Of a stretch of DNA of 48,991 nt, positions 34,404 to 43,652 are shown piece by piece. The DNA comes from Candidatus Eiseniibacteriota bacterium (lineage in GTDB: Bacteria; Eisenbacteria; RBG-16-71-46; CAIMUX01; VGJL01). Under the pieces are notes generated by a model that did no database searches, had not been told where the DNA came from, and saw only the letters and a list, made by a program, of their open reading frames with translations. Positions within the stretch are counted from its first letter, which is position 1; every line of letters starts with the position of its first letter. A program made the translations under genes and the position numbers. The DNA lies in contig JBHGAY010000035.1 in assembly GCA_041946735.1 (NCBI GenBank), forward strand, positions 1 through 48,991, read 5' to 3'.

Positions 34404-35897
34404 TCACGGGATCGCTTCGCGCCGCCGGCCGGTCCGCCGCCGCTTCTTCTTTCCGGCGCCCATGCCGAGCCGCTCCATCCGGTACCGGAACTGCCCGCGA
34501 CCCATGCCGAGCGAGGCGGCCGCGGCGCTGACGTTGCCGTGCGCGCGCTCCAGCGCCTGCTCGAGCGCCGCCTTCTCGATCGCATCGAAGCTGACGCCGT
34601 CGGGAACCTCGATCCGGATCTTCCCGCGGTCATGCGCGACCCGGACGACCGGCGCCGCCGCTCCGACGGAATCCGGAAGCGCCGCCGCGTCGATCGTCTC
34701 CGCGTCGCCCGAGAGGAGGATCAGGCGCTCGCACAGATTGACGACCTCCCGCACGTTGCCCGGCCAGGAGTGGCGCTCGAGCCTCTCGCGCGCGGCGGGC
34801 GTGAGGCGCGGGGCCGGACGCCCGCGACGCGCGGCAAACCGGTCGAGGTAGCGCTGCATCAGGAGCAGAGCATCCCCCGGTCTCTCGCGAAGCGAAGGGA
34901 TCCGCACCCGGATCACGTGCAGACGATGGAACAGGTCGCTGCGGAACCGGCCGGCGGCCGCCTCCTGCTCGAGGTCCTTCTGCGTGGCGGCGAGGATCCG
35001 GACGTCCACCTCCCGTTGCTCGATCCCCCCGACCCGCCGGAATTCCCCCGAGTCGAGGAACTTCAGGATCTTCGCCTGCACGGTCGCGTCGGTCTCTCCC
35101 ACCTCGTCGAGGAAGAAGCTCCCGGAGTCCGCCAGCTCGAGAAGTCCCGGCTTCGCGGACTGCGCGTGCGTGAACGCCCCCTTCTCGTGCCCGAAAAGCT
35201 CCGACTCGAGAAGACCGCCGGGAAGCGAGGCGCAGTTCACCTCGACGAACGGGCCGCCGGAGCGGGGGCTCTCTCGATGGATCGCCCGCGCGAAAATCCC
35301 TTTGCCGGTTCCGGTCTCCCCTTCGATCAAGACGACCGTGCTGGGACTCTGGGCGGCACGGCGAGCGAGATCGCAAGCCTCGCGGAACACCGGCGCCTGC
35401 CCGATCAGGTCGTCGAAGCTCGGGATCTCGTGGACGCGGCGGCGCTGGCGCTCGATCTCGGAGCGGCGCGTGCGGACCGCGCTGCGGAAGACGCGGCGCA
35501 GTTCGGGAATCGCGAGCGGGCGGAGAAACCAGTGGCGGACGCCGAGCCGGGCGAGCGCCGCCGGAACGGGCGCGTCGGGAGCGCTGGCGACGAGGAAGAG
35601 CTGGCACGAAGGGACCTGGCGTTTGAACGACTCGAGCCGTTCGGGAAGGATGGAGCGCAGGGTGAGATCGGCCAGCAGCCAGTCGGGACGGATCGTCGAG
35701 GAGTCGGCCTCGCTTGCCCTCGATCCCGCCGCCTCGCCTCCACTCGCCTCGGAAAGCTCCGTCAGGGTTCGGATCTGCACCCCGAGCCCCTCGACGCTCG
35801 TCGCGACCGTCGTGATCAGATAGGGATCGTCGCTGAGGATCCAGAGACCGGGGACGTCGAGTCCGGAGGACCCGGGCGCTCGGGGCGGATCAGCCAA
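34404..35897 (-). CDS. Sigma54-dependent transcriptional activator with an atypical receiver domain
   Basis: GETGTGK, ESELFGHEKGAFTHA, FLDEVGE, FRSDLFHRL, WPGNVRE and a Fis-type HTH. The N-terminus is REC-like (LSDD, WLLAD, FLRP). Confidence 0.93.
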   Translation of the reverse strand: MADPPRAPGSSGLDVPGLWILSDDPYLITTVATSVEGLGVQIRTLTELSEASGGEAAGSRASEADSSTIRPDWLLADLTLRSILPERLESFKRQVPSCQLFLVASAPDAPVPAALARLGVRHWFLRPLAIPELRRVFRSAVRTRRSEIERQRRRVHEIPSFDDLIGQAPVFREACDLARRAAQSPSTVVLIEGETGTGKGIFARAIHRESPRSGGPFVEVNCASLPGGLLESELFGHEKGAFTHAQSAKPGLLELADSGSFFLDEVGETDATVQAKILKFLDSGEFRRVGGIEQREVDVRILAATQKDLEQEAAAGRFRSDLFHRLHVIRVRIPSLRERPGDALLLMQRYLDRFAARRGRPAPRLTPAARERLERHSWPGNVREVVNLCERLILLSGDAETIDAAALPDSVGAAAPVVRVAHDRGKIRIEVPDGVSFDAIEKAALEQALERAHGNVSAAAASLGMGRGQFRYRMERLGMGAGKKKRRRTGRRREAIP

Positions 35898-36621
35898 CGT
35901 CCGGACCTCGCGACACGCGCACGCGCGCGCGCCGGAGGATCTGATCCTTGTAGAGGTAGCCCCGCTGCAGCGTCTCGAGGATCCTCCCTTCCGGTTGCTC
36001 GTCGGACGGGCTGGTCAAGAGCGCCTCGTGCTCGTGCGGATCGAAGACCGTCCCCGGGCCGCTCGGCTGCTCTCGCAGCCCGACCGCCCGAAGATAGTCC
36101 GCCAGCCGCGCGAGAATCAGCAGGAAACCTTCGCTGTGCGGATCGGGGGAGCGTTCCGCCTCGACCGCGGCCCGCGCCCGATCGAGATCATCGAGCACGG
36201 GAAGCATTCCGGCGAGCAGGTCGCCCTTTGCGCGGGTCTCCCATTCCGCGCGCTCCTTCTGGATCCTCTTGCGGAAGTTGGCGAACTCGGCCTGCAGGCG
36301 GCGGAGCTGGTCGAGCAGCTCGGCGGCTTCGTCCTTCGATGTGGTCTCCGCGCCCGGCTCCTCGGTCACCACTCGCTCCCCCTTGCTCCCGGCTTCCTCG
36401 ATCCCCTGCCCTCTCTCGGCCTCCGACTCCGTCGGCGGCGAATCCGGCTGCGGCGGCCGATCCTCATCGCCCCGGGACGATCCTCCCTCGCCGGCCCTGC
36501 CCGATGAAGGATCGTCGGGCTGGAGGTGGCCATTCGGCTTCCGCGGCTCCTCGAACGAGCCGCTCTCTCGGGAGCCGGGACGGTTCGACCGGTCGCGCTC
36601 GCCGCCGTCACCCTTTCGCAT
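35890..36621 (-). CDS. grpE: Nucleotide exchange factor GrpE
   Basis: RLQAEFANFRKR, LPVLDDLDRA, FDPHEHEAL, LQRGY...ILRRARVRVS. Confidence 0.96.
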   Translation of the reverse strand: MRKGDGGERDRSNRPGSRESGSFEEPRKPNGHLQPDDPSSGRAGEGGSSRGDEDRPPQPDSPPTESEAERGQGIEEAGSKGERVVTEEPGAETTSKDEAAELLDQLRRLQAEFANFRKRIQKERAEWETRAKGDLLAGMLPVLDDLDRARAAVEAERSPDPHSEGFLLILARLADYLRAVGLREQPSGPGTVFDPHEHEALLTSPSDEQPEGRILETLQRGYLYKDQILRRARVRVSRGPDVG

Positions 36622-37036
36622 CGGGTTCTCCGGGCGGCGGCTCCGTCGGGGTGGTCCCGGGGGGCGATTCGGATCCCGCCGGTTTCGTCGCCGATGCTGC
36701 GCTCGCGTCCTTCTCGCCCTCCGAGGCGCGATCCGGGGACGACTCGGCCGCGCCTTCGTCGGGACGGCCCGCCTCGTCGACGAAGTTCAACCGGAGGTTC
36801 GTCAGCACGTGCGCGAGGTAGCGGTTCTCATCCTCGCTCAGATTGCCCCGGGTCTTCTCTTCCAGCATCCCGAGGATGTCGATCACGAACCGCGCGGCAT
36901 CCAGATTGCGCTCGTTCTTCCCGCTCTCCGGGTGCGCGATCTTCCCCATGTAGATCATCGCGGTGAATTGCTGCTGCGCGACGAAGTAGTGGAACAGCTC
37001 CGAGGAGCTCGCCGCGGTCTCGTCCCGGTCTGCCAT
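36608..37036 (-). CDS. DUF1844 domain protein
   Basis: AMIYMGKI.HP.SG...NLDAARFVID.LGMLEEKTRGNLS.DE...L...LT.LRLNFV. Confidence 0.88.
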   Translation of the reverse strand: MADRDETAASSSELFHYFVAQQQFTAMIYMGKIAHPESGKNERNLDAARFVIDILGMLEEKTRGNLSEDENRYLAHVLTNLRLNFVDEAGRPDEGAAESSPDRASEGEKDASAASATKPAGSESPPGTTPTEPPPGEPDAKG

Positions 37037-37049
37037 CCCAGCCCCCCTC

Positions 37050-39029
37050 TCAGCTCGTCTTGTCGTCGTCCACTACCTCGTAGTCCGCCTCCACGGGGCC
37101 TTCGCCCCCGCCGCCGCCGGCCGCGCCGCCGCCCGAAGCTCCGCCGCCCTGCGGTCCTCCGCCCGGGCCGCCCGCTCCGCCGGCGCCGCCGCCGGGGCCA
37201 GATCCCGGGCCCGCGCCCGACGTCGCTCCCGCCTTCTTGTACATCGCGGTGGCCAGCTCGTGCATCTCCTTCTGCAGCGCGTCGGTGGCCGACCGGATCG
37301 CTCCGATCTCGTCCGCCTTGGCAGCGTCACGGAGCCGGCCGATCGCCGACTCGATGCGGCCCCTCTGATCGGAGTCGACCTTGTCGCCCCACTCCTTCAG
37401 ATTCTTCTCCGTCTCGTAGGCGAGGTTCTCGGCCTGGTTGCGGGCGTCGATCAGCTCGCGGCGCTTCTTGTCCTCCGCCGCATGCTGCTCGGCCTCCCTC
37501 ACCATCCGCTGCACCTCGCTCTCGTTGAGGCCCGAGCGCGCCTCGATGCGGATCGACTGCTCGCGGCCGGTCGCCATGTCCTTCGCCGAGACCTTCAAGA
37601 TCCCGTTCGCGTCGATGTCGAACGTGACCTCGATCTGCGGCAGGCCGCGCGGCGCCGGTGGGAGCCCGGTCAGCTGAAAACGGCCGAGAGACTTGTTGTC
37701 CGACGCCATTTCCCGCTCTCCCTGCAGCACGTGGATCTCGACCATCGTCTGGTTGTCGGCTGCGGTCGAGAACACCTGGCTCTTGCGGGTGGGGATCGTC
37801 GTGTTGCGCTCGATCAGCTTCGTGCTGACCCCGCCGAGAGTCTCGATCCCGAGCGAGAGGGGGGTGACGTCGAGGAGCAGCACGTCCTTGACCTCGCCGG
37901 CCAGGACGCCTCCCTGGATCGCCGCGCCCATCGCCACGACCTCGTCCGGGTTGACCCCCTTGTGCGGATCCCGCTTGAAGAGCTGCTTCACGAGCTCCTG
38001 AACCTTCGGGATGCGCGTCGAGCCGCCGACCAGGATCACCTCGTCGATGTCGGTCGCCGAGAGGCCGGCGTCGCGCAGCGCTTGCTCGCACGGCCCCACG
38101 GTCCGCTGGATCAGATCATCGATCAGCTGCTCGAGCTTCGAGCGGGTCAGGCTGACGGTCAGGTGCTTCGGCCCCGACTGGTCGGCGGTGATGTAGGGGA
38201 GGTTGATCTCGGTCTGCAGGGTCGTCGACAGCTCGATCTTCGCCTTCTCCGCAGCCTCGCGCAGGCGCTGGAGCGCCATCGGATCGCTCCGCAGGTCGAA
38301 CCCGTTGCTCTTCTTGAACTCGTCGGCGAGCCAATCGATGATCCGCTGGTCGAAGTCGTCGCCGCCCAGGTGGGTGTCACCGTTCGTCGACTTGACTTCG
38401 AAGACCCCTTCGCCAAGCTCGAGGATCGAGATATCGAACGTGCCGCCCCCCAGGTCGTAGACGGCGACCTTCTCGTCCTTCTTCGACTTGTCGAGGCCGT
38501 AGGCAAGCGCCGCCGCCGTCGGCTCGTTGATGATGCGCTTCACGTCGAGGCCGGCGATCTTCCCCGCGTCTTTCGTCGCCTGGCGCTGCGAATCGTTGAA
38601 GTATGCCGGGACGGTCACGACCGCCTCGGTCACCTTTTCGCCGAGATAGTCCTCCGCGGTCTGGCGCATCTTCTGGAGGATCATCGCGGAGATCTCCGGC
38701 GGCGAATAGACGCGGTCATCGATCTTCACGCGCGCATCGCCATTGTCGCCCCGGACCACCTCGTAGGGGACCTCTCGCATCTCGGTGGCCACCTCGTCGT
38801 ACTTGCGGCCCATGAACCGCTTGATCGAGTAGACGGTATTCTTCGGATTCGTGACCGCCTGGCGCTTCGCCGCCGCGCCCACGATCTTCTCTCCGTCCTT
38901 CTTGAAGGCGACGACCGAGGGGGTCGTCCGCGCGCCCTCCGAGTTCGGGATGACGGTGGGCTCGTTGCCCTCCATGACCGCGACGCAGGAGTTCGTCGTC
39001 CCCAGGTCGATCCCGATGATCTTGCCCAT
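37050..39029 (-). CDS. dnaK: Molecular chaperone DnaK
   Basis: [41 protein letters not shown], Gly-rich tail and EADYEVV. Confidence 0.99.
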   Translation of the reverse strand: MGKIIGIDLGTTNSCVAVMEGNEPTVIPNSEGARTTPSVVAFKKDGEKIVGAAAKRQAVTNPKNTVYSIKRFMGRKYDEVATEMREVPYEVVRGDNGDARVKIDDRVYSPPEISAMILQKMRQTAEDYLGEKVTEAVVTVPAYFNDSQRQATKDAGKIAGLDVKRIINEPTAAALAYGLDKSKKDEKVAVYDLGGGTFDISILELGEGVFEVKSTNGDTHLGGDDFDQRIIDWLADEFKKSNGFDLRSDPMALQRLREAAEKAKIELSTTLQTEINLPYITADQSGPKHLTVSLTRSKLEQLIDDLIQRTVGPCEQALRDAGLSATDIDEVILVGGSTRIPKVQELVKQLFKRDPHKGVNPDEVVAMGAAIQGGVLAGEVKDVLLLDVTPLSLGIETLGGVSTKLIERNTTIPTRKSQVFSTAADNQTMVEIHVLQGEREMASDNKSLGRFQLTGLPPAPRGLPQIEVTFDIDANGILKVSAKDMATGREQSIRIEARSGLNESEVQRMVREAEQHAAEDKKRRELIDARNQAENLAYETEKNLKEWGDKVDSDQRGRIESAIGRLRDAAKADEIGAIRSATDALQKEMHELATAMYKKAGATSGAGPGSGPGGGAGGAGGPGGGPQGGGASGGGAAGGGGGEGPVEADYEVVDDDKTS

Positions 39030-39193
39030 CCTCTTCTCCTTTCCGGGAGCCGCTTCCTCTGTCTTCCTCGTCTCTTGCTTTCTTCTCTTTTTCTTCTCTT
39101 CTATCGCTCGACCGCTTCTGTCGCCTGTCTCTTCCTTCACCCTCTCTGTTCTCTTCTTTGCAGGGTAGTCCTATGGCGTTGCGAGGGAGACGG

Positions 39194-39208
39194 GCAAAAT
39201 CCACGCCA
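39194..39208 (-). promoter_or_regulatory. Sigma54 (-24/-12) promoter of the dnaK operon
   Basis: Minus-strand TGGCGTGGATTTTGC, matching TGGCRnn-N4-TTGC, 165 bp upstream of the dnaK ATG. Confidence 0.75.
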
Positions 39209-39331
39209 GAAGGCGAGCCGCAGCGCAATTCCGTTCGTGCTGGTTAGTCTTTGCGCAAGATCGTGTTACGGCTTCCTGGCCTCGACGTCGGCGCACAGCC
39301 GGCAGGATCCGTTGCGCGACGGAACCCGAGC

Positions 39332-39352
39332 GCCGTTTCAGTCTGAAACGGC
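39332..39352. promoter_or_regulatory. Candidate bEBP enhancer (UAS) palindrome
   Basis: Perfect 10-bp inverted repeat GCCGTTTCAG-T-CTGAAACGGC, about 125-145 bp upstream of the -24 element. Confidence 0.6.
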
Positions 39353-40324
39353 AGTGATCCCGTATCGGCGCATCTTGCGCCACAAGGTCGTGCGCGAGAC
39401 GCCAAGCGTGCGGGCGGTCTTGGTCAGGCTGCCGCCTTCGTGGCGCAAGGTCCGCCGGATGTAGCGCGCCTCGACCTCCTGCAGGCTCAGCCCATCGGGG
39501 ATCGACTCCTCCTCGCCCGAGCCGAGCCGCGGAAGCCCACGCTCGACGATCTCCGGAGGCAGGTCGCGAGGCAGAATCATCGGGCCGTCGGTGACGATCA
39601 CAGCGTGCTCGACCGCATTCTCCAGCTCGCGGACGTTTCCCGGCCAATCGTAGTTCGTCAGATAGCCCCACGTTTGATCGCTGAAGCCGGCCACCTCGGA
39701 CTCGTAGCGCTCGGTGAAATTGCGGAGGAAGTAGCGGGCGAGGAAGGGGATCTCCTCCTTCCGCTCCCGGAGCGGCGGCAGGTGGATGCGGAAGACGTTG
39801 AGCCGATAGAAGAGGTCTTCGCGAAAGCGGCCGGCACGCATCGCCTCGCGCAAGTCCGCGTTGGTCGCCGCAAGCACCCGAACGTCGACGCGCAGCGGGC
39901 TGTCCGATCCCACCGGGCGGATCTCCCGGTCCTGCAGGACGCGCAGGAGCTTCACCTGCACGCTCGGCGCCATCTCCCCGATCTCGTCGAGGAAGATGGT
40001 CCCCTTGTCGGCCATCTCGAAGAGACCGCGCCGCCGGTCGCGCGCATCGGTGAAGGCGCCACGCACGTGGCCGAACAGCTCGCTCTCGATCAGCGTCTCG
40101 GGGATCGCGGAGGCGTTCACCGCGACGAACGCCTGTCCCGCGCGACGGCTCTGGAGGTGGATGACGCGGGCGATCTTCTCCTTGCCCGTCCCGCTCTCCC
40201 CGGTGATGAGGACGGTCGACTCGGTGGGCGCGATCCGGTCGACCAGGTGCAGCACGCGCTTCATCGAGTCGGAAACGCTGATGATCTGCTCGCGCTGGCT
40301 CCCGCGGCCGCGGACCGACGTCAC
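39338..40324 (-). CDS. Sigma54-dependent activator lacking an N-terminal sensor domain (AAA+ and HTH only)
   Basis: GESGTGKE about 40 aa from the start, ESELFGHVRGAFTDA, FLDEIGE, FREDLFYRL, WPGNVRELEN and HTH LGVSRTTLWRK. GTGA-coupled to lysS. Confidence 0.93.
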   Translation of the reverse strand: MTSVRGRGSQREQIISVSDSMKRVLHLVDRIAPTESTVLITGESGTGKEKIARVIHLQSRRAGQAFVAVNASAIPETLIESELFGHVRGAFTDARDRRRGLFEMADKGTIFLDEIGEMAPSVQVKLLRVLQDREIRPVGSDSPLRVDVRVLAATNADLREAMRAGRFREDLFYRLNVFRIHLPPLRERKEEIPFLARYFLRNFTERYESEVAGFSDQTWGYLTNYDWPGNVRELENAVEHAVIVTDGPMILPRDLPPEIVERGLPRLGSGEEESIPDGLSLQEVEARYIRRTLRHEGGSLTKTARTLGVSRTTLWRKMRRYGITAVSD

Positions 40325-41877
40325 CGGCGGTTCTCCCCCTTCGGCGGCCCCGACGCTTGCTCCTCGTCCTCCTCGTCCTCCTCCCGTTCCTCACCCTCGT
40401 CCGGTCGCATCAACGGGAAGAAGAGGACGTCTCGGATATTGGACTCGCCGCTGAGAAGCATGACGAGCCGGTCGACGCCGATCCCGACGCCTGCCGCGGG
40501 AGGCATGCCGTGCTCGATCGCGGTGAGGAACTCCTCGTCGACCTGCTGCGCCTCCTCGTCGCCGGCGGCGCGCATGCGCGCCTGCTCCTCCAGCCTCTCG
40601 CGCTGGTCGACCGGATCGTTCAGCTCGGTGAACGCGTTGGCGTACTCGTGTCCGAGAATGAACAGTTCGAATCGCTCCACCAGATCCTGCGGCTTCCCGC
40701 GGTGCGCCTTCGCGAGCGGACTGATGCTCCGCGGATGGTCCATCACGAAGGTCGGATCGTGCAGCCCGGGAACGACCGCGGCGTCGAAGATCGCCTCGAT
40801 CAGGTAGCCGCGGCCGAGCACGGGGGGCAGCTCCTCCCCGCGAGCCCGCAGCCATCCCGCCATCTCCTCCTCGGAGGCCGAGAGAACCTCGAGCCCTGTC
40901 GCCTCGCGGATCAGGTCGGTCATCGCCACCCGCCGGAACGGAGGGCCGACGTCGACCTGTTCCCCTCCGAGCGCGAGCCGGGTCGCGCCGGTCGTTGCGA
41001 CCGCCACCGAGCGGATCATCTCCTCCACCAGATCCATGGCGTCGACATAGTCGGCGTACGCCCAGTAGAACTCGAGCATCGTGAACTCGGGGGAGTGCTC
41101 GCGGTCCATCCCCTCGTTGCGGAAGACGTGGCCGATTTCGTAGACGCGTTCGATCCCGCCAGCCAGGATCCGCTTCAGATGCAGCTCGAGCGCGATCCGC
41201 AGATAGAGATCGAAATCGAGCGCGTTGTGATGCGTCGTGAACGGGCGCGCCATCGCCCCGCCGTAGAGGACCTGCAGGACCGGCGTCTCCACCTCGAGGA
41301 ATCCGCGCTGCTCGAGGAACGAGCGAAGGGCGGTGATGGCGCGACTCCGAAGCTCGAGCGAGCGCCGCGTCTGCGGATTCAGCAGCAAATCGACGTGCCG
41401 GTGCCGGTAGCGGTACTCCTTGTCCGTCACCGAATCGAAGACCTGGTCCCCCTTCTCCTTCACGATCGGCAGCGGACGGATCGACTTGCAGAGGACCTGC
41501 AAAGCGCTCGCGCGGACCGAGATCTCGCCGGTCCGGGTCCGGAAGGGCATTCCCTCCACCCCGAGAATGTCTCCGAGATCGAGTAGCTTCAGAAGCTCGT
41601 AGCGGCCGGCGGGAAGCTCCTGCGAGCGGAAGTAGACCTGGATGCGCCCGCTGCCGTCCTGCAGGTGCGCGAAGGAGGCCTTCCCCATCTCACGAAGGCT
41701 CATCAACCGGCCGGCGATCGCCACCGGCTGCTTCTCCTCCAGCTCCTCGAACCGGTCGAGGATCTCGCGCGCCGTGTGGGTGCGGTGGAAACGATGCGGG
41801 TACGGATCTTCGCCGCGCTCGCGGAGACGGGCCAGCTTCTCCAAGCGAACGCGCCGCAGCTGCTCGAGACGATCCAA
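40321..41877 (-). CDS. lysS: Lysine--tRNA ligase (class II)
   Basis: OB fold, FLEVETP, GGA.ARPF.THHNAL, FRNEG...HSPEFTMLEFY, GMPP.AG.GIG.DRLVM. Confidence 0.98.
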   Translation of the reverse strand: MDRLEQLRRVRLEKLARLRERGEDPYPHRFHRTHTAREILDRFEELEEKQPVAIAGRLMSLREMGKASFAHLQDGSGRIQVYFRSQELPAGRYELLKLLDLGDILGVEGMPFRTRTGEISVRASALQVLCKSIRPLPIVKEKGDQVFDSVTDKEYRYRHRHVDLLLNPQTRRSLELRSRAITALRSFLEQRGFLEVETPVLQVLYGGAMARPFTTHHNALDFDLYLRIALELHLKRILAGGIERVYEIGHVFRNEGMDREHSPEFTMLEFYWAYADYVDAMDLVEEMIRSVAVATTGATRLALGGEQVDVGPPFRRVAMTDLIREATGLEVLSASEEEMAGWLRARGEELPPVLGRGYLIEAIFDAAVVPGLHDPTFVMDHPRSISPLAKAHRGKPQDLVERFELFILGHEYANAFTELNDPVDQRERLEEQARMRAAGDEEAQQVDEEFLTAIEHGMPPAAGVGIGVDRLVMLLSGESNIRDVLFFPLMRPDEGEEREEDEEDEEQASGPPKGENRR

Positions 41878-41936
41878 GTCACCTCCTCGGGATGGGATGC
41901 GTGCGGGCGCCGGGGCTTCCAGCGACGCGGGTCAGT

Positions 41937-42779
41937 CTAGTCATGGCCCCGCCGGCGTTCAAGGCGGCGCCCGGTCGGGCAGACGGCGAGGAGCGGGCAG
42001 GCGCGGCAATGCTCCGCCCGCAGCTTCGGCGGGCAGGCGCCGCGGATACCGAGGTGACAGAGAGGGAAGTCGTAGCGAACGGGATCGTCCGGTGCGATCT
42101 GGCGCAGGCAGGCGGTGATCTCCTCCGCCATCCGCCAGTCGGGGGTGGCCCGCCGGGTCAGTCCGAGCCGGCGCCCGACGCGGATCAGGTGCGTGTCGAG
42201 CGGAACGAGAAGCTCCGCCGCGCGGACCGGATGCTCGCGCCAGACTCCCGGATCGATGTCGTCGGCGCGCACCATCCAGCGGAGGAAGAGAAGCCATCGC
42301 TTGCACGCACCTCCGCGCGCCGGGTCCGCGAGCAGGAAGCGCAGTCCGTATCCCCCGCCCGGAACCGCCCCCTCACGAAGCTCGGCGACGAACCGTTCGA
42401 GGGCGGGACGGACGGAGCCCGTCTCTTCCCAGTGCGCCGCGAACGCGCCACCGAGCGAGCCGCGCCGGCGAAGGATCGAGCGGATGCCGGACAGAAGGGC
42501 GCTCAGGTCGGCGGTGGTATGGAAGCGATAGCGAAGCGGCGGGAGATCGGGCACCGCTCGCACGAGGCCCGCTGCGGGGCGAGCGCCGAGACAGCGGAGG
42601 AGCGAGCGGACGTGAGCTTGCAGGAGGTCGACGCGGCCATACGCGAGAAGCGCGGCGAGAAGCGCGACGACCTCCTGATCCAGTGGATCGACATAGTCCA
42701 GGACAATGCGAAGCGGATCGCGCTCGACTCTCGCATCGCGGATCGCCTGGCCGCGGAGCCGTTCCAGAGCCTCCCGCAT
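41937..42779 (-). CDS. TIGR02757/DUF2400 family protein (HhH-GPD related) with a C-terminal EndoIII-type Cys cluster
   Basis: DP...D.E....AA.LAYG, ACKR..LFLRWMVR...D.G.W, PLDTH, DP.RYDF.LCH.G, C-x8-C-x2-C-x5-C. Confidence 0.9.
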   Translation of the reverse strand: MREALERLRGQAIRDARVERDPLRIVLDYVDPLDQEVVALLAALLAYGRVDLLQAHVRSLLRCLGARPAAGLVRAVPDLPPLRYRFHTTADLSALLSGIRSILRRRGSLGGAFAAHWEETGSVRPALERFVAELREGAVPGGGYGLRFLLADPARGGACKRWLLFLRWMVRADDIDPGVWREHPVRAAELLVPLDTHLIRVGRRLGLTRRATPDWRMAEEITACLRQIAPDDPVRYDFPLCHLGIRGACPPKLRAEHCRACPLLAVCPTGRRLERRRGHD

Positions 42780-42843
42780 CTCCCCGATCCTCGCGGCGGG
42801 GATGGTTGCGGGCCGCCGCCGGGCGGGCCTACGATTCGTTCCC

Positions 42844-43548
42844 GTGGAAGACGATCGCGACGGCATCGGATCCCTGGCTTCCCGCTACCGGGATGTCCGC
42901 AGGCGCGTCGAGGAGGCGGCGTCGCGCGCCGGGCGCGATCCGGCGGAGATCACCCTCATCGCCGTGACGAAGACCTTCCCCTCCAGCGCGGCCCGCGAAG
43001 CGTTCGCGCTCGGGATCGCCGACGTGGGAGAGAACCGGGTCCAGGAGCTGCTGCGCAAGCGCGAGGAGTGCGCCGACCTTCCGCTCCGCTGGCACCTGAT
43101 CGGACATCTGCAATCGAACAAGGCGGCGAAGATCCTCCCGGCCGTCTCGATGGTCCATTCGGTCGACTCGATTCCCCTCGCGGAGCGGCTGAGCGAGTTG
43201 AGCGCGGCCGACCGTCCGCTCGACATCCTCTTGCAGGTGAACACCTCCGGAGAGGAGTCGAAGTTCGGCGTCGCGCCGGGAGAGGCCAGGCGGACCGCCG
43301 AAGCGATCGCCTCTCTACCGTCCCTGCGGCTGCGCGGACTGATGACGCTCGGTCCGCTCACCGATGACCAAGGGGCCATCCGCTCCTCCTTCGCGACGCT
43401 GCGCCGCATCCGGGACGAGGAGGTGCGGCCCCGCGTCCCGCTCGCGTCGTTCCTCTCGATGGGAATGTCCGGGGACTTCGAGATCGCGATCGAGGAGGGC
43501 GCGACGCACATCCGGCTCGGCACGATCCTCTTCGGCCAGCGCGGGTAG
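42844..43548 (+). CDS. yggS: YggS family pyridoxal-phosphate homeostasis protein
   Basis: LIAVTK, GENRVQE, WHLIGHLQSNK, HSVDS, SKFG, GLMT, LSMGMSGDF..AIEEGAT.IRLGT.LFG.R. Confidence 0.96.
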   Translation: MEDDRDGIGSLASRYRDVRRRVEEAASRAGRDPAEITLIAVTKTFPSSAAREAFALGIADVGENRVQELLRKREECADLPLRWHLIGHLQSNKAAKILPAVSMVHSVDSIPLAERLSELSAADRPLDILLQVNTSGEESKFGVAPGEARRTAEAIASLPSLRLRGLMTLGPLTDDQGAIRSSFATLRRIRDEEVRPRVPLASFLSMGMSGDFEIAIEEGATHIRLGTILFGQRG

Positions 43549-43652
43549 CATCGGTCCGCAGGAGCGCGGCCGCATAGGCACAGCCCAAGGGGCCCGCTCG
43601 GCCGCTCCGGCTCCGCCGCTCCCGCTCGGCCGCTCGCGCTCCGCCCGCTCGA

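Noticed and set aside
39241..39270. IHF site between the dnaK enhancer and promoter
   Set aside because: AT-richer and in the expected position, but the match to WATCAANNNNTTR is too weak to call by eye.
39030..39337. CIRCE (HrcA) operator upstream of dnaK
   Set aside because: No TTAGCACTC-N9-GAGTGCTAA-like repeat seen on either strand.
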